Below are positions 59,273 through 64,000 of a DNA stretch of 64,000 nucleotides, piece after piece (position 1 is the first letter of the stretch; the number at the start of each line of letters is the position of its first letter). The translations under genes were made by a program, and so were the position numbers. The stretch is taken from assembly GCF_009914755.1 (NCBI RefSeq), contig NC_060934.1; one strand, given 5' to 3'. This DNA comes from the human T2T-CHM13v2.0 reference genome, Homo sapiens. The notes beneath the pieces are model-generated. The model ran no database searches. It was not told where the DNA came from and saw only the letters and a list, made by a program, of their open reading frames with translations.

Positions 59273-60191
59273 GGAACTCGCCGGCTGGTCACTGTCTTCC
59301 CTCTTATCACACTACCTTCCCTTACTGCAGCTACTTATTTAACTGTTTCCCACCAAAAGACCCTAACATCCAGGAGTGTGGGGCCCACATCTGCCTAATT
59401 CGCCACTACGGCCCAAGCCCACCTCTGGCACACTGGAGGTGTTCAAGATGTGAGCTGACATATGAAAGAGCTGTCCTGACTAGTTCTAGAATCTCAGGCA
59501 TGTGACTCCCCCTCCCAGAATGTCAATTTCCCCATCTCTCTGCAGAGGGAAAAGAAAATAATTGGAGTAGATGACCTCTGTGAGTCCTTCGGGCTCAAAA
59601 GATGGCCGGGACTCACCACTGAAGGTGTCTGCATCCATCATGGTCAGATCAGGCCATGAGAAACCCCACTAGAGGTGCTAAACAGAGGGAATGGGTCACA
59701 GAGGTGTGGGAAGCCTGAGAAACCACTGCGGCCTTCCTGCTGGACTTCAGAGAAGGGCTGGCCTCATTTTATGGGCTTTCTGAAACCCATATTCAGAGAA
59801 ACACACCCAATTCAGCATGGACTGGCAATGCCTATCCCCAAGGAAACTCCAAAAGGGGTGAGTCTCCTGGGCAGTGGTCACTGAGTTACTACAAGGCCTT
59901 TGGGGTTGGGGTGGGGATGGTGGGTCAACAGGCTCCCCTAGAAGCCCTGTGCCCTGACAAAGTAAACAATGGCAAAACATGTGCTTCCCAGCACTCACCT
60001 CCCCACCTCCTTCTAACATCAGAACTGGGTTTCTGATGATGGGAGAAAATGTAAATGAAATCAACGGAAGGATGATCCTGTGAGTAATCTGACAAGGGAG
60101 AACCAGCTTCCTCTCCCATGAACCCCAGCTGCCTTGGCTTTCACCCAGACCCCTGGCCCACCCGGTGTCCTCCCCAGACGGTGGTACTCAC

Positions 60192-60260
60192 CCACACTGC
60201 TGAGGGAGCTGCTGCTTTCTGAGTCTGAGGGCATGGTGGACAGGACGCTGTAGGTAGAAC
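60192..60260 (-). CDS. DLG5: DLG5 exon 2 (69 bp, phase 1-1), GSTYSVLSTMPSDSESSSSLSSVG
   Basis: ctttccccag|GTTCT...GTGG|gtgagt; contains internal Met (legacy start codon). Confidence 0.95.
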
Positions 60261-61462
60261 CTGGGGAAAGAGGGGAGACCATGTTACTAACCCCAAGGGG
60301 TCACTCGTCTTCACCCCAAGCCAGCTGATCATCAGTCAATGCCAGGCCATGAGAGCTACATGCACCAGGCACTAGAAATCCACATCCACGGGCCAAGCAG
60401 AGGAGGCGCGCTCAGCAGATCTGGACTTCGGTGTTTCTGCCAGGCCTCCCACCTCACTTTATCGGCCCCTCCTGCTCTGGGCAGGCGGGCAGAGGGGAAC
60501 TTGGAGTCAGTCAGCTGGCTTCTTGTTGGGACATCTGGGGAAAGGCTTAGCAAGGGAGTGACATGCCCCAGGTAAACATGGGGTGTGGGGGTTTCCTCCA
60601 CATCTCTAGCAATATGATTCTGGCTTCCATGCAGAGGGTAACAGAGCAGAAATTAAAGAACAACTGAACTATCTGTTCTTTCTCTGACTGTTCTGCTCTT
60701 TAGGTTCTAACTGTATTCAAGCTCAGTTCTTAATAATTTAGTTAGTATCTGCCCCCTTATTAAAAGTTACTCCTAAAATGATGAGCAATTGTACCATCAC
60801 CAAAGCCAGAGGGTAGCACTTTTTTTTGTCCACACTTAATGTTAATTCCTGGTTGTGGACACACAACCACTGTGGTTTGGTTTGAATTCAAATATCTTCA
60901 AAACCAGATGTTACCCTCCCAGCACCGGGAAGCCCAGTTTCTGAACCTAGCTCTATGTAGGTGCCCATAGCTGGGTCGTGCTGAGCAAGTAGCTTTTGTT
61001 TTCTGGAACTCTGTTTCCTGGTCTGCAAAATGAAGGAGTTCAACCAGATGGCTTATAAGGTCCCTACCCCATCCCCCATCCCCCATCCCCCATCCCATTT
61101 CAGCAATTTCCATGATTAATGGAAACAGAAGGTACACTTTGCTCATCAAGACTATGGATGACATAAAATTAAAAGGGAGGGCAAACTGACTCAGAGACTA
61201 AATTGGGAGTGGACAAAGCATAACACACAGAGATGGCAGGTCAGATAAAACAAGGACGAATCCAGTGTTTTGTTCTTGGAGCCAAAAGAACTATACAATG
61301 AAGAGCGGTATGTACCAGGCCAAGTGGGTGAGCTGGAGATGGAATTTTTGCAATAAGGGCTTTGAACAAGCCTTAGGGCTCTGGCATCAGAAAGCTGCCA
61401 AGAACTAATGAGATCCTGGGCTCCACAACAAGAAATGTGGAGGACCACATTTAAGGAGCTCC

Positions 61463-61767
61463 CAGCAGGGCACGGTGGCTCACACCTATAATCCCAGTGC
61501 TTTGGGAGGCCGAGGTGGGCAGATTGCTTCAGCTCAGGAGTTTGAGACCAGCCTGGGCAACATAGTGAAACTCCATCTCTATAAAAAATACAAAAAATTA
61601 GCTGGGCGTGGTGGCACGCACCTGTAATCCCAGCTACCTGGGAGTCTGAGGTGGGAGGATCACCTAAGCCCAGGGAAGTCAAGGCTGCAGTGAGCCATGA
61701 TCATGCCACTGCACTTCAGCCTGGGCAACAAAGTGAGATCCTGTCTCAGAAAAAAAAAACAAAAAAC
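61463..61767 (+). mobile_element. Alu (J-like)
   Basis: Dimer consensus. Confidence 0.93.
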
Positions 61768-62519
61768 ACTCTTCCACTGCAATTCTTGACTAGCCACCCT
61801 ACACGCATCTTTGGACGGGAAAGAGGAGAAATGAAGAAATGGGGGTAAATGGGGGAGCGGGGCAGGGGAGGGAGATGCACTGTAGGTGGGAGGCCCCTGG
61901 GGGACAGGAGAGACCTTGAGGGGAAAGCAGGGAGACTTTGCTGGGGAGGTGAGGACCATGCAGGAGGGCAGAGAGATAGACTGCAGGCAGGCGAGCTAGC
62001 AGGCGTGTCCATCAGAAAAAGAGATGAAGGGGGAGAGAAAAAAGAGAAAGCAAGCAAAAAGCAACTTTGGTAATGGCAAGCACTAGGACAGGCGTGACCG
62101 GCAATGACCAGTAGCCTCATTATCACATTTTCAGAGACTCTGAAGAATCTGAAGGCGTTGAGCATGGGCTGAAGAGAATGACTGGGGAATGGGTAGGTGT
62201 CTTGTCTCTCAATACGACTGTCAGAAGGGATTAGATTTGTTCTTGATGGCCTCCAGCAGCCAAACCAGGAGCAGCGGGTGGATGCTGGAGAAAGCTGCAT
62301 CTCTAAACAGGTCTGGATGGCCACGGTCAGCACTGCCAGGTATGAAAAGCCTGAGGGTGAGGGGGTGAGACAGTGAGGGAGGCCCAGCACTCAGTGGCAT
62401 GGATGTCATGGGGAAGTCTGTGCATCTGAAGGGAGATGAAACCAGAAAACCCAGTTCAGCCTTAAAATTCTATGATCCTGCTAATAATGAATAACCCATG
62501 CTCCACCTCCCATATCTGA

Positions 62520-62908
<389 letters not shown>

Positions 62909-64000
62909 TGCATCACATGTTTTTTTAACCCATCTCTCTTTCTATATCATACACATTACATGTTGCTTCAATATCTGTGAAATAAAGTCAAATGCAATTC
63001 GGGCAATCCATTGATATCTTCAAAGAACAAGAACCCAACACAATGCCTATTTTCTAAACTCAACTACCATTTTTTAAATAGTATTTTTTCTTTATGGGGG
63101 CAAGGAAGGCTAGCCACTGACATGTTGGTGGATTGTTTTTGGAAGACGTCTACTCAGGAAAGCAGGCACAAATAAATTTCCCCACTCTCACCTCCAGAAA
63201 TCTCTATGCTCAACCCATCCCAGCTTACGACACTGGCAGCCTGCGCTCCAGATGCCTCTGCTGGAACGCTCCCCTCTTTCTTACTCTTGGCATCAGCAGT
63301 GCCCCTTCTTCCAGTAAACTGCCCCTCCTCTTCAAATCGTCTCTCTCCTCCCCTGTGGCAAGTTTCCACTGTTAATTAAGCTTGGCAGATGCCCTTCCCT
63401 CTCTCCGCCCACCTACCTCCCTGGCTGGGGGAGTCCACAGGCCAAGCGACACGTTCTGTTCCTCTTCCCTGTCCCTGCAGTCCTGACTGGCCTCTGGGGC
63501 CTAACCAGGGCAGCGTGACATCTTTGTGTGCATCTCTGGGCATCACTCCCACCCCCAACCCAGGGAGCTGGCAGGGCTCCTAGGAGCTGGTGGGGGGAGT
63601 GGTTAAAATTGGACAGGACCCAGTTTTTACAATGTTCCCAGAGCCTTGGACGTCATTAAGGGGGAAAAAAGGCCCAAAGACGACATTGTCTCGGTCATGC
63701 TTTGTCTCTGCGGTTATTGTTGTCCTAAAGGCCTGTGTGGTCAGGACAGTCAGGAAAAGGCAAAAGAAGCCACTGTCCCCCAAAGTCACACGGTGTCCTT
63801 TCAAGGCCGGTTGCTTCCATGGGGCGGAGGGGCAGGTGTCGGCGTCATCTACCTCTGGGGTTTCGCCATCAAATTTGGAGTCAAATTTGGTGCTCCTCAT
63901 CTTCTGCCATGGCCCAATCCAGGAGGAGACAATTTCCCCAGGTTCTCCTGAAGGCACCTCCACCCAACCTGCCCTGAAACCTAGGATGGGCTGCTGTGGA

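Overview
Human-type genomic DNA covering the middle of DLG5 (discs large MAGUK scaffold protein 5, chr10q22) on the minus strand. I traced 23 coding exons (exons 2-24 in the usual numbering) by hand. All have GT-AG boundaries and join into one open frame of 4343 nt: coiled-coil region, PDZ1, PDZ2, a long disordered linker (1020-bp exon 15), PDZ3 and the first half of PDZ4. Exon 1 (CARD) lies beyond the right edge; the SH3/GK exons lie beyond the left edge. The introns hold about 35 Alus plus L1, L2, MIR, MER21 and MLT1 LTRs, a Tigger3 and hAT elements. Apart from DLG5 exon read-throughs, the ORF track is Alu-derived or chance ORFs. I see no credible novel biological system. Best leads: (i) a haplotype with R at legacy codon 30 and apparently the rare Q at legacy codon 514 (E624Q, start of PDZ1); (ii) a perfect 54-bp tandem duplication that doubles a UPRE/XBP1-type motif; (iii) several short locally templated duplications, including a ~98-bp inverted copy inserted into an MLT1 LTR, an A-B-A'-B' double inverted repeat and direct repeats bracketing exon 6; (iv) candidate alternative products (Met111 start, intron-15 polyadenylation, exon 4-5 circle, an antisense exon). 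Repeat subfamilies and reference alleles come from memory, not from a search; repeat boundaries are approximate.
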